This document shows positions 25,101-37,233 of a stretch of DNA of 64,000 nucleotides, piece after piece. The translations under genes were made by a program, and so were the position numbers. Within the stretch, counting starts at the first letter, position 1, and every line of letters begins with the position of its first letter. Source of the DNA: Pavona decussata (lineage: Eukaryota); the NCBI GenBank assembly GCA_977016875.1, contig CDRNST010000120.1, positions 248,001 through 312,000 on the forward strand, written 5' to 3'. Under the pieces are notes generated by a model. That model saw only the letters and a program-made list of their open reading frames with translations, searched no databases and was not told the DNA's origin.

Positions 25101-28100
25101 CAATTTATAAAAATGTGTGGCAGTGGTACAGATTTTTAAATCAGGCCGATTTTACCTCGTGCTACACCAACAGAAAAAGAAGTCAGTCGACAGGTCGCAT
25201 CGTGTAAACAAGCGTTTCCGTGGGTTTTTTTGTGCGTTTTTCGCTCTTTGACCCGCGCGCAAATGGGGGCGAGAGCAAGTCCCGGCCATTTCCGCACGGT
25301 CAAACAGCAAAAAATGCTCAAAAACCCCACGGAAATACTTGCTTTTGAGCCCGCTAAATCGGTAAGTGTAACTACTTTTTCATGCTATTTTCAACAACGT
25401 TTCCCCAAAATCATAGGCAGGGCCACTAGGAAAAGGTTTGACTTCATGAAATCACCCTTCTTTTAAACATGTTTACTGCAAACTCAATTCAGTCAAATCA
25501 ATTCGTTTGCAGTCCATCTTAGCGATCTCTACAGCAAAATATCAGACCTCTCAGGGACCAATGAGAATGCTCCTTTTCATCATGGACCAGTTCAGCAGTG
25601 CGATAAATTTACTTATCACATGACCGAGCTAAACATTTACCCATCCTCCCTATATTTCCACTCAGTCTATATGCTTCCTACACTGCCAATCCCAGCAAAA
25701 CACAGGATGAGTTTCCCAATTGAATCCAGTAAAAAGTTAAACTCCCCAACACTGTCCCAGTTTCTCTGTATTAAAACCTTAGTTTAGCGTGAAAGGACTC
25801 CCAAAAGCTTGTGAATTACATTGTTCTTAACAATTTTAGCTTGATGTCTCTTACCTTTCTTCAAACTCTGCGGTAAACTTGACTAAATTTTCTGCGGTGT
25901 CTGAAGAATCATTTTCCACTTTCAAAAAACAATGAAAAAGAAAGGCAATGTAGAGGATTATACAAGTCAATAACTTGAAAAGGAATGCTATAATTGAATG
26001 ACAGGAAACCAAGAAAACGATAAAGTTTTGCACCAAGTATCCGTCGCAGTTCAAACATTCTATGCACAAAACTAACACAGTATCATGTGAGGGACCCAAA
26101 GTGCAACAAGCCTGAAATCTAAGCTTAATCACGAACAGTTGACTCCTTGAGACTGACGCAAGTGAACAAGCAATGGAAAATTGACTTTTGTGCAACCAGT
26201 CCTTAATTGAAAAACACTACTAAGCTTTGGCCAGGAGTTCATCATGTGTTAACTAATTATTGTCGGTTTCTGATGTGCCTTGTCCTTTTACTGACCATAA
26301 ATTACTTCATAGCATTGTCACAGGTACATGAGTGGATCTCCAAATACCCAAACTACAACATGTAAATATTTTCTTATTTTTATTACCCACTCGAATGAAA
26401 GCTGCTTCTTCTTCAGCTGATTTTACTTTATCTCGATTTGGTTGAATATTCTTGTTTTGATATAAATTTCTTCCCATGCAGAAAACAAGCTGTGCTTTAT
26501 AAATTGGCACAAATCGAGCGATGGCATCACCATAGACATCTGCCTTCTTATTAATAAAAAATTAACCAATGAGAGTGAAAGTAATTTGACAGTTGTTGCA
26601 AAAATAAAATCTTTGAGGTGGCTCCTCAAAAGTCAATTTGTGTGGGGTTAAATGTATAAAACCAAGCCCTTCTTTGATAGATGTATTTTTCAATCAGTGA
26701 CATTTACATACTAGGAAAAAGAAAATCCGAGTTCTCCTAACAGGAGTTGGACCTATGGCCTTCTGATTACCCTGATTACTAGTTTGAATGCTCTACCACT
26801 GAGCTACAGGAGACTAGTGGAGACTAAGCCATTAAAGTAGCTCCCACTAGTCTCCTGTAGCTCAGTGGTAGAGCATCCAAACTAGTAATTGGAAGGTCAT
26901 AGATTCAACTCCTGCTAGGAGAACTCGGCTTTTCTTTTTTCTAGTATTTAAATGTCACTGATTGAAAAAAATACATCTTTCATTCATTCACCATTTCATT
27001 CACTTACACATTTCAGTTATTTTTCTACTCGGAGCTGCTACATCACAAAACATCTCGTCATCATCAACATGAAAAGATGGATCTTCATTATCGCTACTAT
27101 CATCATTAGCGTCCATTTCTTCATCTACATGTCTTGTTTTTGAGGTACTAGCCTGTTGGACAAAATCAAGTAATGCATCACCCACCATATACAGATACCA
27201 TCACGCAGCATGTTTCTAGTTTTAAAAAGTTGAAACCACTTCAACTTAGGACACCATGATAGAGACCAAATTAAAATAAATGTCCAACAAGTCATTTAAA
27301 ATGTGCCAAACCACTACAACACACATGCTAAGGCCAGGATATGACTGTAGAATTTTAAGTTGTTTTTGGAGGTGATAGGGTTGGTTTCTTTATTTCACAG
27401 AGAACCAAATAGGGTACATGATCAACAACAGAAGGAAAAGGTATATTTTCCCATCTTCAAAACTTGGATGCATGCTTGTAAACTTTTAAGAAGTTGAGGA
27501 GTGAATGAAATCAAGAACAATCACCATAGATTTCAATCTAAAACTTCTTTTCAATAAGACTTTCGTAAAAGTAGGTTTTTGTTGAGTCTAGTCAGATACA
27601 AAACAACTTCATTGCTCCTAGTTCGTGTTTCACGCCTAAGAAGTCAACTTCTGGTGAGTCTACTTTTCAGCGAGAAGCTTCACAACTTGTTTCTTGTTTT
27701 TTTTTAAGTTACAAGCTTCCATAGAATCAAATGTACACGTGCATGTACCTCATTACACACTGGTGATTTTTTCTCGTCACTTCTTTTCATTGTTAAACTA
27801 TGCACTGGAAACGACAAGTTAGCTTCTGCAAGGCACATCTGAAATAACAATAATTATTACAAAATTAATAAAATAACTTAACACTTTGGAATAAGTGCTA
27901 TGGAATATTTTATAACTAAACACATTGTAACAGGTGACAGAGTTGTCATGTAATTGCATCAAAGTCACATGTCTGTTCAATAACTTTTTACCCATAAAAG
28001 ATAGTTCCAATGTTTGAGTCCGGGGATAAATTTGTTCAATTTTAATGAAAGCTGTTATGCTGTCTATTGTGCTGTACAAGATGGTTCTTACTTTTGAGTC

Positions 28101-30702
28101 TGTGGGTGAAATCCTTAAGTGTAACAGGGCCAGTCAAATAAAAGCTACTGAGTAGTACTTTCCTGCAGTGCTGTTTATTATGCTGTGCAAGGTGGTTCTA
28201 ACTTTTGAGTCTGTGGAGGAAATCCTAAAGTGTGACCATTTAAATGAAAGCTACTGAGCTGTACTTTCCTGTTGTAATGTTAATTTTGCTATGCAGACTG
28301 GATGGCAAGGAATCATTTAGTGTGAAGATACAACTATAAGCCACAAATAACACTTTGTTGTTGTTCTATCTCTTTAACTCAATTACAGATATGTTGGTCA
28401 ACAATCTTTGAACTTTCTCTTAGCTTCAGGGAGTATCAAAGTAAACAGATAACAGTGTATTAAATAAATGAGAGTGTCGACATACATCATCAGTGACGTC
28501 AACAGGCCAGCCTGCCCAGCACTGATGCCGACAAGGAACACCAGACAAGGAGAGAAGGTCTGCTTTTACCTACAACAAAAAGAAATTTTATTATTGATCA
28601 CTAAACCTTCAGGTTAAGGATTGGGTGTGGGGTTCACTGGCTAATAAGGTTTATAAATCAAAGGCTCCTGTAAGCCAACTCGTGAATGCAGAAGTGAACA
28701 TTGTTAACTGTAACATTACTCGTGGACAACATGCGGGAATGAACTGTTGCTCCATGCATCTGTACTCTGATAAAGCCACTGTTTCAACCAATCAGCACAC
28801 TCGTTATATTGCAACTTTGTGATAACTATACATATTAAATATTATATCATGTTTTAAGGAAATGTGAAATAAAGTATTGTTGTTGGTGATTGAATTAATT
28901 AAAAACAAATGCAACAGCAACTAAGTACAGTTTACATAAAAGAAAGACAAGACTGATTGTATTGTACTAATGTTGCTTGCAAAAATGATAGCAGAAAGAA
29001 AGAATGGGGTGGGAATAACGCATGAAATATTCAGTGTAACAATGTGACAGGGACAAAGAAAGCAAGAAAGATCAAGACAGAAAAGGGACTTGTACGCACT
29101 GACACTGTACACATAGTTGCCAAGTTGTCATGCACGCAGTGGGATAAATTTTGATATGTAGACAGTATCTACTGGTACTTTATAATTATTGATATGTTTG
29201 TATGACGAATCTCATATATTTAATCACTGTAAGTGTACCAAGGTTTTTATCTTACAGTGGACATGGCATAATGTGATACAACTTTACATAGTAGAGTAAC
29301 ACAGTTAAGTTTAAAACAAATATCCCTTTAAATAACTGCAGCATAACATAGCATACCTCTCCTATTGTCTTTGTGACTGCATAAGGAAGGTTAAACTCTC
29401 TGCTGCCATATTGGATATTTAACATGATCTTTTCGAGGGAACTATTACTACTTTTTGAAGCCAGGCTGAAAAAAAGAAACCAAGGTTTAGTTTAAGGCAT
29501 TTTATAGTAGAGAGACAACATACATGCATTGATAGTAAATAGAAAACTTCTTGCCAGAAGGGTGTGAGCAGTGTACCTGAAGACAAAGAAACGGCACAGA
29601 CTGTAAATATAACAAACAAATAGGATGGTATTAAGTGAAATCATACCTTGTTTCTCCATTCATGGCCCTTTTTAATGAGCATGGCTGACTTTCTTTGGGA
29701 GTCTGTGTCACTGCACGACTTATTAAAACCAGAGCTGTCTCTTCTCTTAAGTTTAAAGTCTTTAGTGTACTCTGCAAACAAAAATTCCACAAAGAAACAG
29801 CATATCATTAAACTGTGAAACTGCCTTGAGAAATACAGTGCATGCACAGCGTTCCAGCTGGTTTATACACAAAATATAGCAACAATGAAAATCGGAAAAG
29901 CTCGATAAGTTGACTTTTGAAAAGTGTAAACTCAAAAGGAGTTGATAAACATATAATTTTTTCAGTTAATGACACAAACATATCCAGAAAAAGAAAATGA
30001 GCTATAGGAGACCAATCAATTCTCTTTTAATGTTGGTGAATGTTTAAATATTGAACCGTGGGTGGGGGAGATGGCAAACAGAGGCAGAAAATAAGTAACA
30101 TAGTAAAACTGCTACACTTACTAGAAAGGGGTTAATGTTGTTAACTTACCAAGAGGAATTGACAACAATAGTTGCAGGCCATTAAATCATTTATTCACCA
30201 GGCTTAAACAAAACATCACAATGCTTTCATGTCAAAAGGAGTTGTAACAAGTATCATATGTACAGTAAATGTATGTATCTTACATCATCATTTAGCTGTA
30301 AATGGTTTGGCCATCCCAGAAGGCTTTGTTGACTCACTGGTACCCCAAGTTGCATCTCCAGCATTCGTTTGATTGTTCCTTAATTTTAAGAAAAATAAAA
30401 ATTGCAATGATCTGCATTCTCAGGTAATGAAGACTTCATAAATATCCATACCCCTGTTTTAGGACTTTAAACATACCCCCTACCATTCCCCCCAGGTATG
30501 GAAATCCGGGCAGAAGTCTCTTCTTCCATTCCCCTGCTCCCAGTTAACAAGGATGGAATGAAGGCAACCTTTCATTAACCAGTAGAAAAGTATGGATTTG
30601 CACTGGCCGTGTGTATAGAGATCTAAGGGTTGTAAAATCATGTTTTCCTAAGACTCATACGGTAGGCTTATTACAGACAGCTGAAGTTAAGAATGGGTGA
30701 GT

Positions 30703-30749
<47 letters not shown>

Positions 30750-33700
30750 GCGAGATACTCGGGTTTCCTATAGGTGATGCCTACTAACACGGGAATATTT
30801 TTGCGCGGTTTAAAACTATACAGAGAAAGCAGAACTTACCAGATGCTTTTGGTATCTCAAAAGAAAATTGGGGGGTAACCATGCATTTTTCAGAGATAAT
30901 TAAGCTTCAATTTAGGAAAAAATCCCATACATTGCTTTATATTTTGGCATTTTTTAGAGATATTATTGCTAAAATATCTCTGAAAATGCGTGGTTACCCC
31001 CAATTTTCTTTTTGGATTCCAAAAGGCCTTGCTAAGATCTGCTTTTCCCGCATAGTCATAAACCGCACAAAAATATTTTGGTATTAGTAGGCACCGTCCT
31101 TAACAGATGCAAATACAGTACAAACTAACAGGGGGGATGGGTACTTCCTGGAAGGGGCTTCCCATATAAAAATGATGGTCTTGATTTACCAGATACCTGT
31201 TTGTCAATGCTGCTAAAATTCATTTTCACCCTTTTAATTCAGATGCACCAGATCAGTTGATAGGGAAATAATTGCCCTTCTGTTATTTGACTCAGCGTAA
31301 AAGGTAACGCCATAAATCTAACAGTGGCCATTGTTTTTATTACGGGTACTTATCCAGAAGTTTATGCCCCTACAAGGTACAATGATCACATGAGAGTTCG
31401 CCTTGGGGATAAAATACAACCCTGTTGTGCAAGCCATCTTGTGAGTATTATGTTGTAACTGCTAATAATTATTCTAAGTTGTTGGGTACTAAAGCAATGG
31501 CATCACAAAAATTGAATTTGTTAAATATGTGATTTGATGAGAGATTTGGAAAGAGCATCGTGAAAAATGTCCACTAACCAAACATTACCCCTTTCCTGTG
31601 ATTCATACCTGAGAAGGGCAGTTTTCATTTTCAATTTCTTCGCGTAAAATTTTCTAATTTTGCACTGGTTCTACAGTTTAGAACCAGCACAAAATAAGAG
31701 AGATTTGTAGGGAGAAATTACAACTTTACAGTTCCCACGTCTCAATTGTGAACTACAAGGTCTGTTGTGAAGGAGCAAATAATATCTTTGGTGAGTGGAC
31801 GTTTCCTAGGACGCCATAGTTTAATTTTTTGTGACAGGACACTTTAGCACTCATATATTATGTGTATAAACTGTACCTAATGTTTCATTTTCATCTAACA
31901 CAATAGGAATGGTTTGTTCTCTCCACTCAATTAGAAACTTTAATTTCCTTGGAGGCTTTTGCAGAGGGATTGCTCTCCCAACAACCTCACCAACAGAAAC
32001 TGAAGCTATAGATGGCACCATAGAAGGTTGATCCGTGACGCAAGAGTAGTCATCAACTGTGGGAGCCATTGGCAAGCTAGAAAGGTGAACAAATTTGTCT
32101 TTTAATATTACAGCAATAATCTGCTGTTATTAAAAATCAACAACAAGAAGAAAGTGGTATTTGACATCCTGTATGCCAGGATTCACAATGAATTTAAGTC
32201 CAGCCTGGTGTTTTGATACTGTGTCATAATTGTCATAAGAGTCAATTATCAATAGGCAAAAATTTGATTAAGGCTATCCTCACACATCCAAAACCTTTCA
32301 CTTTCCAAATTGCCTACGATAGAATTTGAAGGTCAATTTATTTGTTGCTATAAACGTTGGCAATATTTCACCTACTTTATTCAGAAAAGAAAATCAATGA
32401 TTTCAAGTTTCTGAAAGATCTAAGCCACCACTAAAGTTTAGTTAACAATGGTACAAGTTAGTTGTACACAACAAAGAGCAGAGCAGAGAGACAATGCTAT
32501 AAAAAATTGTATCTTTATAAGAACTTGTTGCAGTTTAATGAAACGTTAAGTTTAAATTGATGTGAGGAACCACTTTCACACAAGGACAAAAGTGTCAAGA
32601 TAGATTTTTTGTAAGACTTGCATCTACACATGTGCAAAGTTGGGCAAAAATGGTTGATACAACTTTCGAAAGGCCCTTTTCATTGACCAATCAGATTGGA
32701 GAAAATGATCGATTTTACCAGATGTTTTCTCCGCAGACAAACATCTGCATACAAGATAAGCAGCCCGAACTCACATTTTGAGAGTAAGAGAGCAACAAAT
32801 AATTACAAGTAATTATTAAGTCTAAACGTGACCATTGAAAGTAAGCAGGGTATTGAGTTACAGGTGGCTGGTTGAGAATTTCAATGAACACTTTAGAGAA
32901 CTTGGTAAGGGAATAAAAATAATACTGATTGTAGATGCCAAACATAAAAGCTATATTTTGAGAACTCATTTGATAAAATAAGTAAAACTAATTTATCTCT
33001 GGTGTATTCTTATTTGGCTTGGGGTTATTCCACCATTTCCAGCTTCCTCTGACACCACTGCTATTCCCTCAATAAGACAGAGTCAGGGCCATCAGCCACA
33101 GTTCACTCAAAAAGGGGCAACTTTTTTGTGTACAAATAGTGCCCTATGATTTCCAAACCTTGGTAAAATGCTTTGTTGCCAAAAATCCCCACACATTTGG
33201 CTAAAAATGAGCATATTTTACACTTGATTCTACAATCCCTTCTTTCTTTGCGTGCTGGTGATTTTGAAACTGTACATGGCTGTTGGTGAGGGTTGTGTCT
33301 GAGGGCAAATTACACATTAAGCAAAACATGCAAAAGTCTACGACATCCACCGCAATGAATAAAATATCGCAGTTCACTTTTGAGGAATACAATCTCTGTG
33401 ATAGTGCCTATTTAGTCTCTGTACTTCCTCAGGTAGAGAAAAATTTGACCTTGGACCTGAGCCTCACCAACACTCACCAACAGCTGTGTTCAGTTTCAAA
33501 ATCACCAGTGCTTGCAGAAAGAAGGAGTCATGGATTTGAGTGCAAAAACTGCTCATTTTTTTACCAAATGAATGGTGATTCTTTTGGTGACAAAGCAATT
33601 ACCAAGGTTCACAAATTATGGGACTTAAGATAAACATGAAAAGTATTGCCACTCAGAACTGAGGGTCTTTGAGACGCAAACTGCCTTCAAGTGGACTATG

Positions 33701-34764
33701 GCCAAAACCCAAGTGTGCAGCCTTGATTCCATCTTATGAAGGGAACAACAGTGGTGTCAAAGAAAGTCCCACATGCCAGAATATAATATTATCGAGATGA
33801 GTTAGTTTTATTCATTTTATGAAATAAATGTTGAAATATAGCTTTATTTTACACTCGGAATCTACAATATTTCACAAAGTCTTGTAAAGCACTCAAATTT
33901 GCAAGGACCACCCATATACAATACTGATTTCACTCAAAGCTCATGTTTTTATTATTACTCGCACTCCCCTAACATGAGCTTGGGCTGCCTGTGATCACAG
34001 AGATAAAATTTATCCATATTGACAATATTATTAACCCCTTAGGAATTGCTCATGTCACAATGAGTAAACAAAACAGTTGGCACTATCATATTTGGCGTTC
34101 CGTGACAAGATACAGTTAATAATTAACTTTTCTGTGCGTTTATCGATTCCTTGGGAATTGCCTAAATTATTATTGTGGCATTTCTCTCAAACAATCGCGA
34201 TTGTCAATAATGAATGGAATACGACTTAAGTTCTGTATTATCCAAGATTTTCTTTCCGGTGAAAAAGCGCTCTGTAAATTGCAAGAGGGACAATAAAATA
34301 TGGGTGGCAAACTTATAGATGGCGTCATGAATGACTGTTCGATTCCAAAAAACGTGCCACATTCATTTTCCGTAAGTTACCAACTCATTTAACGTTTATA
34401 GTACAGCCAACTTGCACCAACCGTAGCGGGGAGTCCGTTTCATCAGCCAATACGGAATTCACACAAGCCTAGAAGAGGAGTTTCAAAAGAAAAAAACATA
34501 AGCTTAAATCAAACTGAGCGCGAGGAAATAGAAGGTCATGACAAAAAATAATTTATTAGGAGGAAAATCATTTCGTACCGTCAAGTCCCAGTTGTGATGG
34601 TCCAGGAGTGTTATACATTCGTCTAGGTTCTCGATTCCTGTTATACTCTGATAAGAAATTAATAAGAGTATTTTTATCCAAAAGAAGAGCCAACGAAAAA
34701 CGCGTAATAATGGACCTACCTGAAAGTTTGCGAGCACCATCTCCCGGTCTCCATCGCCGGCCAT
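19125..34764 (-). CDS. FAF1: FAS-associated factor 1 (UBA - UBL1 - UBL2 - UAS - coiled coil - UBX), 667 aa, 21 exons
   Basis: Hand-spliced GT-AG exons, all in phase: 34764-34720, 34647-34579, 34468-34422, 32076-31877, 30378-30284, 29771-29647, 29465-29357, 28569-28486, 27838-27749, 27152-27008, 25918-25855, 24925-24844, 24644-24583, 23892-23800, 22921-22785, 21946-21858, 21332-21252, 20594-20505, 20072-19935, 19824-19747, 19205-19125 (2004 nt). Motifs: DREMVLANFQSITGIENLDECITLLDHHNWDL (UBA); YGETHPHFY, IYLHHDASILTNVFCSQL, NFVVWAWDMT (UAS); REARELVKREQDEAY; LRFRFPNGETVTRRF, TNFPRRD, LYPQETIFVEER (UBX). Confidence 0.96.
20804..20981. mobile_element. Tc1/mariner-type MITE
   Basis: TA|CAGTCGAACCTC...GAGGTTACACTG|TA with internal GAGGTGTCCG repeats. 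Confidence 0.75.
23001..23210 (+). mobile_element. tRNA-derived SINE
   Basis: A box TAGCTCAGTTGGTAGAG and B-box-like GGTTTGAATCCC followed by a non-tRNA tail. No acceptor stem, so not a tRNA gene. Confidence 0.7.
24263..24540. mobile_element. Palindromic non-autonomous element (hairpin 24263-24394 plus tail)
   Basis: TATATCAAACAC-GA-GGAAGAGTGTTTCCTCC...GGAGGAAACACTCTTTC-GA-GTGTTTGATATA. Confidence 0.65.
26679..26978. mobile_element. Head-to-head inverted pair of tRNA-like SINE heads forming a ~300-bp palindrome
   Basis: Right arm CTAGTCTCCTGTAGCTCAGTGGTAGAGCATCCAAACTAGTAATTGGAAGGTCATAGATTCAACTCCTG (A box and B-box-like) is mirrored by the left arm. Outer ends AGATGTATTTTT/AAAAATACATCT. Confidence 0.8.
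28045..28290 (+). repeat. ~104-bp dispersed satellite-like repeat, ~2.3 units
   Basis: Same unit as 8610-8850. Confidence 0.8.
30707..31099. mobile_element. TTAA-specific non-autonomous DNA transposon (Kolobok-like GG...CC termini)
   Basis: TTAA|GGACGGTGCCTACTA ... TAGTAGGCACCGTCC|TTAA: perfect 15-bp TIR and TTAA duplication. Confidence 0.85.
32928..33868. mobile_element. Old foldback-like element with long (~360-bp) degenerate inverted arms
   Basis: For example GCTGGTGATTTTGAAACTGTACATGGCTGTTGGTGAG (~33255) mirrors CTCACCAACAGCTGTGTTCAGTTTCAAAATCACCAG (~33473), and AAAGCTATATTT...AAAACTAATTTATCTC mirrors GAGATGAGTTAGTTTT...AAATATAGCTTT. Confidence 0.7.
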
Positions 34765-34840
34765 CTTGGATTTTTGTTTTTAACAAATTTTGCGCATGCG
34801 TCACATAATTGCACATCAGAATGAGAAAGCGGAAGTGACG
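34759..34840 (-). promoter_or_regulatory. Compact housekeeping-type FAF1 promoter: YY1-, NRF1- and ETS-CRE-like motifs
   Basis: AAGATGGCC overlapping the ATG (34767-34759), TGCGCATGCG (34791-34800) and GCGGAAGTGACG (34829-34840), all within 80 bp of the start codon. Confidence 0.55.
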
Positions 34841-34860
34841 ACATTTCATTTTCGGGTAAT

Positions 34861-35472
34861 AGCCGCGCTCACACGAGCGATTTTTTGGTCGCGCAGGTGA
34901 TGCGATTTTTTCAAATTTTGTCGCGTCGCCAGCGCGAGAGGGTGGCTACACGAGTGACAAATTCTAGCGAGTTTGGCGACAAATTGAAAGCCGCGTCAAT
35001 CGCATTCTTCAAGAGACCTGGCGCTATAAACAGACCGAACTTTTGGACCGTCCGAAGCGAGGATATTGTTTTTCGCCTTTTTGCATTTTCTTCTTGACGA
35101 TAAAAAGCAAACGAAGGAAGAAGAAAATTAAGAAAAGGTCAGGGTGGGTCCGTTCGTGGCTCGCAAAGAGAAAGGAACAAGGATTTTACCGTCAACTTCT
35201 GGCGGAAATTTCAGTCGTTGATATCCCGGCGCTTCCCGAGCTATTGCGGATGACGAGGCTTAGTTGCAGGGTGGCTACACGGGCGCTATCTCTACGATTT
35301 TGTCGCGAAAATTTCAATTCTGGCGACTTTTCTCTTGCGATTTTTTCACCTGTCGCGTTGCAAGTTCGAGGGTGGCTACACGTGCGATTTTCATCTCGCG
35401 CTGGCAACGCGACAAAATTTGAAAAAATCGCATCACCTGCGCGAGCAAAAAATCGCTCGTGTGGCCGCGGCT
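34861..35472 (+). mobile_element. Internally deleted PIF/Harbinger-type transposon
   Basis: Near-perfect ~79-bp TIRs (AGCCGCGCTCACACGAGCGATTTTTTG... / ...CAAAAAATCGCTCGTGTGGCCGCGGCT) and three GGGTGGCTACAC subterminal repeats. Internal peptide KRSGWVRSWLAKRKEQGFYRQLLAEISVVD...LLRMT resembles the N-terminus of Harbinger transposases. Confidence 0.8.
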
Positions 35473-36274
35473 TAATCCACAAGGACCGTTTCCTTTTTTA
35501 TTCGTTCTTGCCTCCCCATCCGATACCCTCCACACGTTTCCGATTACAACGATCTTTCGAAAACGATGGCCGTAAAATTCGATCTTACGACGTCATCCGT
35601 TTTTATGGGATGCGTGTGGACCACAAGAAAAAACGGAGAAAGAAACTTTTGCGTTTTGAAACGAAAATGTGGCCGGACAAAAACGATTCAAAACCGCTGT
35701 GTGGAAAATAAACTTTGGCGTCTTCAACAAAAACAGATACGTGTGGACGAGGCTGAGTGTGGGCATTGTGGTTATCAAAGTACTAATTCATTTTATGGTG
35801 TGAGGAGAAAGAAGAGAAATGGCGATCTTTTTAATTATTAACCCAGAAACCCGTATATTCCACCAATGCAGTGATAATTAACAGATCATGTCACTGACGA
35901 TAACCGAGTCTTGCAACTCCACTGTACTCTGTTTTCCCCCATTTAAAACAGACTTTGAAGCGACCGTCACGGAGTAGCGTGACTGCCGCTTCTTGTAATG
36001 ATCAGACCCTTTTCAATAAGTCGAGCAGGCAAGCTAGTCTCTTGTTATTTTTTTCATGTTTTTTTTTTTTCGCTCCATTCTCGGACAGGGGCGTAGCCAG
36101 GGGAGGGTTCCAGGGGTTCCGGAACCCCCCCTCTCGCGTCAAGGAACTCCCCTTCTCCTATTTTTAACAGTGATTTTATCCCAGCAAGAGTGTAATGGAC
36201 TCTCGATCCCTGAAATTCTTCGTTTTGTTCTATGCTTACAATAAGTACAGTGAACGTCATTGTGGTATTTATTT

Positions 36275-36462
36275 AACAAATAGATTCCATTTTGCCGTGC
36301 GTCTGTACTCTGATAACGCACAGATGACGTCAAAACGTGGTGAGAACAAAAAAGTACGCTACGAGCCGCAGGCGAGTAGCGTGACTGATGTTCTCACCAC
36401 GTTTTGACGTCCTCTGTGCGTTATCAGAGTACAGACCCACGGCAAAATGGAATCTATTTGTT
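36275..36462. mobile_element. Palindromic element A (188-bp hairpin)
   Basis: AACAAATAGATTCCATTTTGCCGTG...CACGGCAAAATGGAATCTATTTGTT; apex CTAC-GA-GCC-GCA-GGC-GA-GTAG at 36359-36379. Confidence 0.85.
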
Positions 36463-36610
36463 TTATACAATAACCAAGACATTTCAACACATTTCGTGAG
36501 CGAGCATCGCGTTGCCTGAGCTGAGTCAAAAACTTTCCAGCAAACTCAGTTTTGGACTACGTACTACACACATGTGATTGTGATCTTCCAAATTAGAGCG
36601 TAATTCAATT

Positions 36611-37233
36611 AACAAATCGACGGCAGTTTTCTATGGTCTATACTAATTATTAATTAGATGGCGAGCTAGAGGTTTCTATCGGCTGTTCGCCCCTCGCCAA
36701 CTATCAAAGGCGATAGAAACCGAGAGCGAGCCGTCTAATTGTTTTAGCATATCTCAGTGATCGATCTATTAAGCAAAAGAATCTTTTTATTTCATAAATT
36801 TTGATATGTTTGTGCAATGATGCATGCTAAATCGCGCGAGCTCTGACAAACTGCCGATTATCGATGGATAGACGGCACCAGTGTAGCCAATCAGATTGCG
36901 CGTTACGCGATAGTCGGTCACTGAGAATAGACCATAAAATGACGTCAAAAAATGTTCAAAACTCAAGTGGAACCACGAGCCGCAGGCGAGTGGTTTCACT
37001 GCCAAGTTTTGGTCATTTTATGGCGTCATTTTATGGTTTATAAGAGTATAGTCTATAGAAAACTGCCGTCGATTTGTTTATTACAATAACATGGAAAAAG
37101 TACGAGCGGAATTGGCTATTTTTTCGTTGAGAAAGCGCGCGCGTTACATCTGACGTCATTTTTATTGTCTGTACTCTTATAGACAATAGCTACGAGCCAA
37201 TCAGCGCGCGAGAATTTGGACAGTTATTGTAAA
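36611..37233. mobile_element. Palindromic element B (hairpin 36611-37078 plus tail), interrupted by element C
   Basis: AACAAATCGACGGCAGTTTTCTAT / ATAGAAAACTGCCGTCGATTTGTT; apex CCAC-GA-GCC-GCA-GGC-GA-GTGG at 36973-36993; tail contains AGCCAATCAGCGCGCG. Confidence 0.8.
36645..36925. mobile_element. Palindromic element C (hairpin 36652-36740 plus tail) inserted in the left arm of B
   Basis: AATTAGATGGC-GA-GCTA-GA-GGTTTCTATCG...CGATAGAAACC-GA-GAGC-GA-GCCGTCTAATT; tail contains AGCCAATCAGATTGCGCG. Removing it restores the symmetry of B. Confidence 0.75.

Noticed and set aside
35043-35711. 222-aa plus-strand ORF as a divergent partner gene of FAF1
   Set aside because: It runs through a Harbinger fragment, its TIR and an adjacent MITE; a chimeric chance ORF.
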